Shown here piece by piece: positions 25,001-37,949 of a stretch of DNA of 64,000 bases. The translations under genes were made by a program, and so were the position numbers. The stretch lies in contig OZ024741.1 in the NCBI GenBank assembly GCA_964016885.1, positions 320,664,001-320,728,000 on the forward strand, read 5' to 3'. The DNA is from Eledone cirrhosa. Lineage: Eukaryota. Under the pieces are notes generated by a model. The model was not told the origin of the DNA, did not search any database, and worked only from the letters and a program-made list of their open reading frames with translations. The number at the start of each line of letters is the position of its first letter. The stretch's first letter is position 1.

Positions 25001-28000
25001 TCTGCCCGTGTGTTTGTTTGTTTATGTGTGTCCGTATACAGCGTGGTGATAATGCCACACAAGGGCCAAGTGGGATGGCGGATCCACAGATGGCTATGTA
25101 AACATACATTCGCCAATCCTCGATAAGAGTGTTTAAATATCGAACATAAACAGTTCGAATAACGGTGAAATGGAGACTAGAACGTCATGTGACAGACTCT
25201 CACCCAACAGGTGCCCCCTGGCTCAGCAGCAGGAACCTGACTGTCAACCAAATACTGCTGATGTTGGAGGAAGAAGAAGAAGGAAAGGGGCCAGAACCAA
25301 CTGGACGAAAGAATTGAATAGAACTGTTATGCAATGCTACCTGAAAAGTAACCCCAAGGAGAGGGGCTACAGGAGACGGATGCATAACATCTGGAACGAG
25401 ATTGGTTTATTTAAATTAGATGAACAAAAATTGGCCGGGCAGGCTCGGGTAATAAGAACTAATGGGTGGATAAGCGAGCTGGAACTGGAGGAACTGAGCA
25501 GAGAGAATGGCTTGGAGATGGCGGGTGTAGTATGCCAGACAAGCGAGCCGGCGGGAAATGAAGGTGGGGAGGTCCTGAGAACGGAGGAACCACCCGAAGC
25601 AGACAATGATCTGAATACTGAGATAAATAATACCTGGAACAGAGATACGGCCACTGAGGAGATGAATGCTGACGGGCTAGGACAAGATTCGGTTGACATC
25701 CTAAATTTAGTGGTAGATGAGTTGAACAATGATAGTGGGAGACCTATGAACCTAAGATTTGTAGACAGGAAAAAGTTAAAAGAAACAACAGCTAAGGTAA
25801 ACAAAGTCATCCCATACCTTGAGGCGAGGAGTCTTCACCAGTGCAACAATATCCTCAAAGCAACAGCAAATACAGTGAGGAAACTACTTGGTATAAAAGC
25901 GAGAGGAAACAACAGACAAGAAAGAGCAGAGCCGTGGTGGAAGAAGCGACTGAGTGGGCAAATCGGGGAAATGAGAAATGACATAGGAAAGCTTGAGTCA
26001 CTACTGAATGGGACACTAAAAAACATAGGCACTAAAAATAGACTGGAAATAAAATACAAAACTAGGAGTAAAAAGCTAAATATTATCATAGAGGAATTGA
26101 AGCAACGCATTGTAGCAAAGAGTGCCAAAATCAGGCGATACGAGAACAGAGTCAGTCAGTATAAACAGAACCGCATGTTCGACAACAACCAGAAGATGCT
26201 GTTTGGACAGCTTGAGGGGAAAGAAAGAGGCAACGACTTGATCCCTGGGGCGGAACAAGCTAAAACATTCTGGAGAGGAATATGGGAGCAGGATGTTAGA
26301 CACAATGCCCAGGCAGGGTGGATTGAGACAGTACAGAGGGAGATCGGTGAGCAGGCACAGCAACAGACTGATTTGAGTATCACAGTTGAAACTCTTAAGG
26401 GGCAAGCCAAAAAACTAACCAACTGGAAATCACCAGGCCCAGATGGTGTGCAGGGGTATTGGATTAAACATTTAACATCCCTCCACCCGAAGCTGACGGC
26501 CATGTTCAATGACTGCTTGGTGTCGGGTGAGGTGCCAGAGTGGTTGACAAAAGGTACCACAGTTCTGATAATGAAAGACCGAATCAAGGGTAATGATGTT
26601 ACCAACTATAGACCTATCACATGTCTGCCCGTAATGTGGTAACTGTTGACGAGCATTGTGTCTGAGGAAATCTACCATCACCTCCACACAAACAACTTGT
26701 TGCCGGACGAACAGAAAGGATGCCGAAAGAAGTCACGTGGTACAAAGGACCAGTTGCTTATTGATAAGATGGTAATGGGGAATTGCAGGAGGAGACACAC
26801 TGATCTTGCCATGGGATGGATAGACTACAGAAAGGCATTTGACATGGTGCCTCATTCCTGGATCACCAAAAGCCTGGAGATCTTCAGGGTGGCAGATAAC
26901 ATCAGACAGTTGCTGGGCAGGAGTATGGGGTCCTGGGAGACAGAGTTAACATCAACTGGAGTATCCTTGGGAAGCGTGAAGATCAAGAGAGGTATCTTCC
27001 AGGGAGATAGCCTGTCCCCTCTGTTGTTTGTCCTTGCCCTGATGCCCTTGACCCATTATGCTGCGAAAAGTGAGAGCAGGATACAAGCTGGGAAAGGGAG
27101 AGCTTACCATCAATCACCTCCTCTTCATGGACGATCTTAAGCTCTTCGGGAAAAGTGAGAAGGAGTTGGATGTGCTTGTTGACACTGTCCGTATTTTCAG
27201 CAGTGATATATGTATGCAGTTTGGTATTGGTAAATGTGGAGTCATTGTGATGAGGAGGGGTAGGTTGAGCAGAAGTAACGGGATCCAGATACCAACAGGT
27301 GAGATGATAAAGGAAATTGACTCTGAGGAAGGATACAAGTATTTGGGCGTTCTGGAGGCTGATGGCATAAAGAACAAAAAAATGAAGGAATTGTTAAGAA
27401 CTGAATACATTCGGAGAGTAAGGAGCGTATTGAAGTCACATCTGAACAGCAGAAATGCCATAAGCGCAGTAAATTCCCGAGCTGTGTCTATTATTAGGTA
27501 CAGTGCGGGAATTCTGAGATGGAATGTTGCTGAACAAAAGAAATGGATAGGAAGACTAGGAAGCTATTGACTATCTACAACATGTTCCACAAGAGGAGTG
27601 ATGTCGATAGACTCTACCTAAGGAGATCTGAGGGTGGAAGAGGTCTTATCAGCATAGAGGACTGTGTTCAGATGGAGAAAAACAACCTATACAAATACGT
27701 GACCTATAGTAAGGAGCCAATGCTCAGAGCTGTACTGAAGGAGGGGACAGTAGGCCAGGGGATACCCAAGGAGGAAATAACATCAAGGAGGAAGAGCAGC
27801 CTTAAGGGAAAATCCCTTCATAGTACCTTCTTTGAGAAAACTGAATTTAGAGATCCACAGACATGGAACTGGTTGAGAAGAGGAGACCTCAAAAAGGCTA
27901 CAGAAGGAATGCTAATGGCTGCGCAGGAGCAGGCCCTCAAAACGAAGTGGTTGAAGCACCATATCTACAAGGAGGAGGCTAGCCCACTGTGCAGGATCTG

Positions 28001-28645
28001 TGGAGAGAGAGAGGAGACTGTGGCTCACATTGTGTCCGAGTGTAAACACCTAGCCCAGACCCACTATAAGGGCTGGAGACACAATGTGATGGGCAGGGTG
28101 ATCCACTGGCACCTGTGCAAAGTAAACAATATACCACATTCTGAGAAATGGTATGAGCATAGGCCAGAGGCGGTGATGGAGAACAGTCAGGTGAAGGTGC
28201 TGTGGGATTTTAGGATACAGACGGACAAAAAACTGGAACACAATAGACCTGACCTGGTGGTTGTGGACAAAGAAAAAAGATCGTGCCTGATTGTGGATGT
28301 GGCCTGCCCGTTCGACACGAGAGTGCAAGAGAAGGAGAGGGAGAAAATTAACCGATACCAGGACCTAAAGTGGGAGGTGAAAAGGATTTGGAACTGCCAT
28401 GAAGTCAAAGTGATCCCGATTGTCATAGGCGCACTGGGGACTATCTCCAAAGGTTTCCAGGGATGGTTAAAGAAAATCGGCCCCTTCACGCTTTTTGGAA
28501 CGCTTCAAAAGGCATGCTTGCTTGGAACGGCAAGAACCCTCCGATACGTCCTGAATATCTGAGGCTGCAGGTAGTGGCTTGATATTCAATCCAACGGACT
28601 TTCCAGTTAACCAACATCAATGACTGAGATTCAAGGAATAACAAT
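25000..28645 (+). mobile_element. R4/Dong-like element D1, young full-length copy
   Basis: Complete ORF, short 3' UTR, (AAT)n tail 28645-28720. Confidence 0.92.
25170..28562 (+). pseudogene. D1 ORF with one nonsense change (26640) and two 1-bp frameshifts (about 27053 and 27537)
   Basis: Compared with the open frame of the copy at 3842-5858. Confidence 0.92.
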
Positions 28646-28648
28646 AAC

Positions 28649-28720
<72 letters not shown>

Positions 28721-28721
<1 letters not shown>

Positions 28722-29420
28722 GGGAAGAAGACGCACGAGGTGGTAGAAGGTCATGAAATCGCTCCCGTAAGTTTTTGATTTTTAACATATTTAAATCAAT
28801 TGTGAAATAACAATTCTTAGTACAAATAATGCATAAACCACCGAATCAAGTCTCATAAAATTTCGGATCCATAATATATTGTTATATCGCTCAAATATTC
28901 AATTTTGTATTATATATTTTATATTCAAAAAAGAAAATGGTTATAAATGGAAGAAAACTCCCTCTGTCTACACTCTATAGAACAGCCAAATAACAGCAAT
29001 TTCACCTACACCAGAAACTTGATACACCACCTACCCCATCAGCCCGCTGTGTACACTAAATATAACAGCCAGATAACGGCAATTTTACCACCACCACCAC
29101 CAATCCCAGCATCATAATAATAATTACTATTATTATTGTCTCAAGTTTTAACAACATTTTTAATTCCAATTTTACGGGAATATCTCAACGCATATATTAA
29201 ACATACGCGGCACAAACGCATAGATACTACAGATCAAACAAAACTAATCTATTCAACACAGATATTAAACATACGCGACACAAACGCATAGATACTACAT
29301 ATAAAAAAAAAACTCAGTAACGACAACGCCACCGCCGCCACCACTCCATCCATCATTGCTACCACTACCCCATCACCGCCGCCACCACTCCTTCATTGCT
29401 ACCACCACTATTCCCCTGTT
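28721..29420. repeat. Leader unit L, copy 3 (incomplete)
   Basis: AGGGAAGAAGACGCACGAGGTG start; matches 23781-24250 with indels. Confidence 0.7.
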
Positions 29421-29640
29421 AACTTAAGAAAGGGGAAGGTGGCTGTATCACTAGACAAGGGAGAGGCTAGCAAAAGATATAAATAGATTGACTTAGTGAC
29501 CTGGCCACCGGCCTAACGTCAACAACTATGGCACTGCTGGCTCCCCCTTCCTCACCAACAATATAAAAAGCCCCAGCACCACCACCGACATAGCCAACAA
29601 CAATAACAGGCAACTTCAGCAAAAAGTATATTATATTATT

Positions 29641-29697
29641 GTAATGCACTGGGTGATTGCTGGCCTTGTGCCTGGGGTGGAAACAGTTGTTATTATT
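29641..29697 (+). mobile_element. SINE S1 3' fragment
   Basis: GTAATGCACTGGGTGATTGCTGGCCTTGTGCC matches the S1 tail. Confidence 0.7.
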
Positions 29698-29789
29698 AAT
29701 AATTTTATTCTTAAGCCACGCAATGCTCACATTAAGGAACCACTCATGATAATAACAATTTAAAAAAACAACAAAAAACAACAAAAAAG

Positions 29790-32700
29790 AAGTGGTAACA
29801 CGAAATGATTACCCCTTGGCGGATAAGGATAAAACGCGACAAAATAAAGTAAATGTCTAATGATAAAATCTCATACCGGATCGGCCGTCACCCGGGTAAA
29901 AAAGGGCCGCGTCCCTCAAAGAGGAACCAGACTGGGGTTGAAAAATCAGCTAATGGTTCAAACCTTCCCATCACTTCGGAGCTGGAGACCTCCCATAATC
30001 GGAATACTCCTACTGTTGGCCCTCCATGCTCACCATCAAGAAATCCAAAGAAAAAGAGAGAAAAATGGTCAAGGGAAAATAATAAAGAAGTCCTTGAGGC
30101 TTTCTACACTGCCATGTACTACCCATCAAATACATCGAATACAGAACAGACATATATCAACTGGAAAAAGAAACATCCCGAAAACAGAGGCTATATTGAC
30201 AGTAACAAACTAGCCAATATACGAAGAAATATTGTAAAAAAAAAGTTACTAACTGATGTAGAAATTGATCAGATCAAGCTATTAGCACAAAGTCAGCGAA
30301 GGGAAAATGAAACATGTGTCAGTAAAAACGAGGTAAATTGTAACACTTCGAATCCCAGGGTTGGGGCGGAATCACTGGCCACAGAACAAATTAAAGAAAG
30401 GATCGAAAAAGTAGAGGGAGTGCATGCTCAAGATGAAACTCCAAATGAAAATAATGAGATCGTAAATGATAAAGAAATGAATGAGAATGAACTTGCCAAC
30501 TTGAAGGATGAAATTATGATCGAACGGATGAAAATGAAAGAATCTGACATGGGGCAACGAGACACCCTCCCTAAGATCCAGAACTCCAAACACAACCAAA
30601 AGATAATACACAAGACTAACATAATTCTCAAAAACATCATCATCACAAACAAACTAAACATTACTGATTTAAATCATCTCTATTATGCATCGGCTAAAGT
30701 CACCACTCACTTATGTGGAGTGAAGATGAAAAAACAAAGGAATTCCCACAAGAAATCTACTTGGCAAGAGAACATCAATCGCCAAATAAACCTTCTCCGA
30801 TCTGACATAAAAATTGTAAAAAACTATAAAGTAGGTGAACATGTTAAACAAACTAAACTTAGAAAATTGAAAAGAAAGTATAGTATAAAATCAACAAGTG
30901 ACATAGACATGCTGATAGAAATAATCAAGCAAAAAGTGTCGGCCAAAGCTGCTCGTATAAGGCGCTTTGAAAAACGATCTAGATTCTATAAGGACAATAA
31001 TATGTTCAAAAACAACCAAAGAAACTTCTACAGAAAAATTGGTAAGTCAACAATAACTGCTAAATCAATAACACCCAAGGAGGAAGTGCAAGAATTCTGG
31101 GAAAAGATCTGGGCCGAAGAAAAAGTTCATAACATACATGCCCCATGGATAGACAGACAAATGAAAGATACAGCTCACCTTGAGGAACGAATATGGGAAA
31201 ACATAACAGTTGAACAGTTGCGCTTGGCTCTAAGAAAAACCAGCAAATGGAAATCCCCAGGAAAAGACAAAATACAAAGTTTTTGGATAATTGCCTTCAC
31301 AGAGTCTCATGAGCTGTTAGCCCAACTTTACAATGAAATAGTTAAGGAGCCAGAAAAGATACCATCATGGCTAGTTAACGGCATTAAATTCCTGCTTCCG
31401 AAGAATGATGAGACAAACAATCCCAAAAATTACAGACCGATAACTTGCTTGACCACAATGTATAAAATTTTAACATCAGTCCTAACTGAATATACATATG
31501 ACCACCTGATAACAAATGACCTATTTCCCATTGAGCAGAAAGGGTGTAAACGAGGCTCATATGGCTGTAAGGATCAGCTTTTGGTTAACAAAATGATACT
31601 GGAAGATTGTCATAATAGACACAAAAATCTATCAATTGCTTGTATAGATTATAAAAAAGCATTCGATAGTTTGCCACACAGTTGCATTGAAAAATGTTTA
31701 GAGATTTTCAAAATATCCCCCGTTGTCAGGAGGTTTTTGTCATTCAGTATGAAGACATGGAAAACGACACTCCTTTTGAATAGTGAAACAAAATCACTGG
31801 AAGCTGGAGAAGTTAATATTAATTGTGGAATTTTTCAGGGTGACTCTTTATCACCGCTTTTATTCTGCATCGCACTTATACCATTAAGTAAAATGCTCAA
31901 TGAAACAAAACATGGATATAGAGTCTATGACAAAACCATTAATCACTTGTTCTACATGGATGACCTGAAACTATTTGCAAAAAATGATGAACGATTGCAA
32001 GGGCTATTATCCACTGTGGAGCAGTTCAGTGATGACATTAAAATGGAGTTTGGACTAGATAAATGCGCCAAAGCAACGTTCACCAGAGGAAAGCTGCTGA
32101 AGAGTTCAGACATTAATCTTGATCGGGGGAACGTGATAAGAGAACTTGATCAAGAAAAAGCTTACAAATATCTAGGTGTTTGTGAAGGTGACGGAATCAA
32201 GCACTCGACAATGAGGGAAAGGATAAGGAAGGAATGTTACCGCAGAGTAAGAACAATCTTAAGAACGGAATTGAATGCAAGGAATAGGATCGATGCCATA
32301 AACACGCTTGCCATACCAGTAGTAACCTACAGTTACAATGTCATCAACTGGTCAAGCATAGAGATCCGTAGGCTCGATACAAAAATTCGAAAATTCTTAA
32401 CTATGCACAGAATGCATCACCCTAAGGCAGATATAGATAGAATATATCTCCCTAGGAAAGAAGGAGGACGTGGGTTAGTCCAGTTAGACATTGCGTTGAA
32501 AACTGCAACAATTGGATTATCTACATATCTAAGGGAATCACATGATTGGATGATCAAACTCGTTTTGAAACACGAAAGCATCAAAAGATCATATTCCATT
32601 ACAAAAGATGCACAAAGATACAGTAATGGACTACAAATTTCAGAAGTCCCATTTACTGCTGAAATGGAAAACACAGAAATAGCAAAGCAGGTAAAAGTAA

Positions 32701-33645
32701 CTGCAAAGAAAGAACTGCTACAGAAACTGGCTAAGAAATGGCAAGAAAAGCCTCTGTATGGAAAATACCCAGAGCGAGCTAACAATCCTGATGTTGACAA
32801 AACTTTAACCCATCAGTGGTTGGCATCCACTGGACTGAAATCGGAGACTGAAGGACTGATTATATCAGCACAAGATCAGTGTCTGCCAACAAAAAATTAC
32901 CAAGCCAACATAATAAAAAATGGATGCAGCCCATTATGCCGTGTATGCAAAAAACAACCAGAGACCATTGACCATATAATTTCAATGTGCAGTCCTATAG
33001 CTCCAACCGAATACCTAAACAGGCATGACAGAGCTTCACAATACATACATTGGATAATGTGTAAGCATTTTGACGTGCCCCATCAAAAGAATTGGTGGGA
33101 GCATCAACCACCTCCCATACTTGAAAAAGATCACATCTCAATCTTGTGGAACTTTAGCATCCAAACAGACCGAAAATAGATGCAAATAGACCTGATATAA
33201 TATTGAAGGACTTTAAAAAGAGGGTATGCCTGCTAATTGATATGTCCGTTCCAACAGACAAGAATGTATCTATAAAAACTTTTGAAAAATTGAGCAAGTA
33301 TAAGGACCTGGAGATAGAAATTGGAGAAATGTGGAAATTGAGAACTAAAACAATACCAGTGGTTGTAGGCGCTCTGGGAATGATACCTAAGGGGTCTAAT
33401 GATTACTTATCGCAAATCCCAGGAAACCCGCGTATAGGAGAAATACAAAAGATAGTACTAATGGGAACTGCCCATATACTAAGGAAGATTCTGTCAATAT
33501 AAGTACATCACAAGTCTAAACACTAAAGATGCATGTGTGAGTATGTATGTTCTTTCTTGAATATGGCGGACCTTGTTGTCTCTTGAGGTCACTGGTTGTG
33601 ACTTGGTGATATCTCGTATGAACATAAAGCAAGATAAATGCAATT

Positions 33646-33646
<1 letters not shown>
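29790..33646 (+). mobile_element. R4/Dong-like RLE retrotransposon, second family D2, near full length
   Basis: Single long RT-CCHC-RLE ORF, about 145-bp 3' UTR, (AAT)n tail. Confidence 0.92.
29853..33502 (+). pseudogene. D2 ORF: 1108 aa open, then one frameshift near 33175 before the RLE PD..D motif
   Basis: [51 protein letters not shown]; ANRPDI..LIDMSVP continues in the other frame. Confidence 0.92.
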
Positions 33647-33686
<40 letters not shown>

Positions 33687-33689
<3 letters not shown>

Positions 33690-33822
33690 TGTTTCTACTT
33701 TAGGCACAAGGCCAGCAATAACCCAGTGCATTACTGGTACTTTATTTTATCGACCCCGTAAGGATGAAAGGCAAAGTCAACCTCGGCGGGATTTGAACTC
33801 AGATCGTAAAGGGACGTAACTA
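33687..33822 (-). mobile_element. SINE S1, lacking the 5' head
   Basis: Reverse complement of B box, core and tail. Confidence 0.85.
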
Positions 33823-34141
33823 TAAAAACAATACCAGTGGTTGTAGGCGCTCTAGGAATGATACCTAAGGGGTCTAATGATTACTTATCGCAAATCCCAG
33901 GAAACCCGCGTATAGGAGAAATACAAAAGATAGTACTAATAGGAACTGCCCATATACTAAGAAAGATTCTGTCAATATAAGTACATCACAAGTCTAAACA
34001 CCTAAAGATGCATGTGTGTGTATGTATGTTCTTTCTTGAACATGGCGGACCTTGTTGTCTCTTGAGGTCACTGGTTGTGACTTGGTGATAACTCGTATGA
34101 ACATAAAGCAAGATAAATGCAACTATAATAATAATAATAAT
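33823..34141 (+). mobile_element. About 300-bp 3' fragment of D2 with (AAT)n tail
   Basis: Near-identical to 33346-33646. Confidence 0.9.
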
Positions 34142-35276
34142 GAAGAGAATGAAAATAAACAGAGGAAAAAAATTAATTTTCATACTCATGTTCATTCAAA
34201 GAGAAGTCATTTCCCTGTCCATTCTACTCTGCTTACAGCTTGGTTGTGACAGCTAGAAGGAGAGGGTAGAGGGAGGAGAGGAGAGGAGAATGGGAATGAG
34301 GAGTGTTGGCAGTCTGCTATTGAGGAGGGAATTGATTACTCTACTACCCCAAGTATCGAGTACCTGGTTTTTACCACACTCTATCTGGTATTTCGTAATC
34401 TTTTGGAAAGATGTATCCAATAGTCAAAGAGTCGACCTGCTACCATCAGACGTTGCATGAAAGAACTGGGATACCGTTGCTGACTTTGTGCAGTCATGCA
34501 TTAAAGTTGTGGAATCCGAAGATATTACATTAGATGAGTAAATATAATCATTGATTTTATAGCATAGTTTCCATAACTGCTCGTCTGACGGTATTGTACT
34601 TTTGCATCAAGCGAAGAACATTATTAGACACTTCGAATCTGAAATGGTCGATGGTGTGTCAACTCTTAACAATCTATATAAAATTTGTGTTGGGTAAGTG
34701 TGATCATTAATTTTGGGAAGAATTTAAACGTTGATCTAAATCAACTGAACAGTCTTTTCTAAATGCCTTGCATTATACTTTAGGTAAATGATAACGAATA
34801 TAAAATAATAGATTCAAACATGCTAAAGTTAAATAGATACATATATGTAAAAGAGTGTAAAGGCATGAATTATTCACAGTTCAAAATAAATAATCTAAAA
34901 ATTAAAAAGTTATCTAAAAATTAGGTATATAGAGATATACTAAGTATTAGTGATACAGTATACTTTTGGTAAATGATAACGATTATAATCTTATATAATA
35001 TATTTCAACGTGCTAAAGTTAAATACATACATATATGTAAAAAAAATTGTAAACCATGGATGATTCAAAGTTCAAAGTAAGGTCCGTAAAGATTTACAGT
35101 TTGGATATTTGCACTATATTTAAATCATGGAGAGAAAAATATAAAGGTAGGTAAATTTCACGTAAAGAACAATATGAACTTTTGTTGCAACCCAATATAT
35201 ATCTATATTTTTACACACACACACACACACATGCACACACACACACACGCGCGGTGAACTAACTGTTGTGTTACCA

Positions 35277-35338
<62 letters not shown>

Positions 35339-35465
35339 TTTAGAAATATATTCATGTGCCCAAACCACTATCATTCAAAAATGTTTCACAAAGGAGTATA
35401 AACATGAAAACATTCAAAACTGATGATCACACGTTAACATACACAGAGACATTCATACACAGTCT

Positions 35466-35540
<75 letters not shown>

Positions 35541-35815
35541 GCGTGAGTGTATGTGTATATATATGTATGTATATATGTATGTAAGCATGCATGTGTGTAT
35601 GCAGAAGCAGTTACATACAAAACAGATTATATAAAATCACATCTATGAACGCCCACATATATGCAACACAACACAAACACTCACATACACCCGGAAATTT
35701 CTGCACAAACAAACTCTCTCTCACTTAGAATCACACCTGCACCCAGGCAGAAGTAAAATAAGTCATGGTTATAAGATAACACCTACACACTCTTACAACA
35801 TGTCACTATCTGCCA

Positions 35816-35857
<42 letters not shown>

Positions 35858-35871
35858 GTGCATGTATGTAT

Positions 35872-35984
<113 letters not shown>

Positions 35985-36000
35985 TTATATATGCATATAT

Positions 36001-36039
<39 letters not shown>

Positions 36040-36592
36040 GCTCTATGTTTCTATCACGAAATCACTCTGTATCTCTCTCTATCATACCCATCCACACACG
36101 CGCACATACATATACTCACATACACAGAGACACAACTAAACTCTATGCCACACAACTCAGACATTTACATGTACACAAGTAGAAACATAATAACACACAA
36201 GCATATGCAAACAAAGAAAACTGAAGAAACTCCTCTGAAAGCGATTCACTTGAAATTGGCGAATATTTCAAATGGTCACTAGACAAATGACGTATTCAAT
36301 ACGGTGTCAGAAATAGCATTTGGCCACTTGCGATGAGATTAAAATGATTGATTACATAATATAACTGTAAGGTCAGTACACAATATCTTAGTTATTATCG
36401 ATTCCTTACGATTCGGCAGAGATCCAGTTTCTATTTCAAAGAACGTGTACATTGTCGATGCATCATTTCAGTTGAAGCCAAAATAAAACCGTTCCTATTC
36501 TGTGCTCATTTGAAGAACATGTAATATTTGATAACAAAAATAGTTAACCTCAATAGATAGAAAAGAATCAGTGGCACAACAGAGGTATTTAT

Positions 36593-36780
36593 AATTGTTT
36601 GTACTTTTGGCACAAGGCCAGCAAATTAACCAGTGCATTACTGGTACTTTATTTCATCGACCCCGTATTATATATATCGACCTGCATTATATATATATAT
36701 ATATATATATATAAATATATAATTGTTTCTACTTTAGGCACAAGGCCAGCAATTACCCAGTGCATTACTGGTACTTTATT
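36593..36780 (-). mobile_element. Two SINE S1 3' fragments (36593-36666, 36721-36780)
   Basis: GGCACAAGGCCAGCAA..CAGTGCATTACTGGTACTTTATT. Confidence 0.75.
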
Positions 36781-37519
36781 ATATATAAATATATAATGTG
36801 GGTAATTCAGTGAATTACATGTGGTGGTAGCAAAACATGCACTCTATGCGCAGGCAGAATATGCGTTTATAATGTACATATGTATATATATATATCAATA
36901 TATATATATATATATTATATATATATACATATATATATACGTGGGTGTAATAGTTTGCTTGAAGAGCACATTGTGCAATATGAAAATGAAAGGTGGGTAT
37001 GTTTAGGAAGCCGTACAATGCAAGTCCGTTAGAATTGCCAAAGTTAACAAGTCGAAAGAGATGAGGTGTAAAGCAAAAAGGGGGAGAAGTAGAAGGAAAG
37101 AATAACTGAATGTTACCATACCATTTTATTTCTTCAAGGTGGGTCCGTAGGTGGATGGGGGCTGGATAGCCTTTGGTTTGTAACACCCTGAAAACTGTTT
37201 AGTGTGGATAGCTCTTCTTGCAGCATCACTGCATCTGTTGTCTACCCATCTGTTGTATACCCATCTGTTGTACGGCCGCAATTTTATTTTTTATGTTGTG
37301 TATTCTAGAGCTGTCTGGGAGGGCAAACCGCCATCGATTTTCACCTAGAAAGTTCCCCTCTGAGGAACAAGTCTGACAAGTTTGTTTGTGGTAGTCCAAC
37401 AGTCGCCCATGAACATCAGTCTGAGTGAACTGGAGCAACATAAAATAAAGTGTCTTCTCAAGGACTCAACGCATCACCTGGTCCAAGAATCATACCCACA
37501 ACCACAAAGCTATTCGCCA

Positions 37520-37578
<59 letters not shown>

Positions 37579-37730
37579 TACGCACACATACACACAAACA
37601 CACACAAGTACAAACACACTCACATACACACACACACACATACATACATACGCACACATACACACAAACACACACAAGTACAAACACACTCACATACACA
37701 CACACACACATACACATATATATATATACG

Positions 37731-37829
<99 letters not shown>

Positions 37830-37917
37830 GGAAAAATTTGAACAGGGACAAAACAGAGAGGCAGTACAACGTATGTTTATTAATTTCACGCTCTGGAGAG
37901 TGGGGTGTTGGTGGGGG

Positions 37918-37949
37918 ACGACGTTTCGGGCATAAGCCCTTCCTCAGGT
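37918..37949 (-). ncRNA. Minimal type I hammerhead motif of the P1 pLTR
   Basis: Minus strand AC-CTGAGGA-AGGGC TTAT GCCC-GAAA-CG-TC-GT. Confidence 0.8.

Noticed and set aside
147-33731. Short ORFs antisense to or overlapping the LINE ORFs
   Set aside because: Shadow frames, repeated only because the elements are repeated; no motifs
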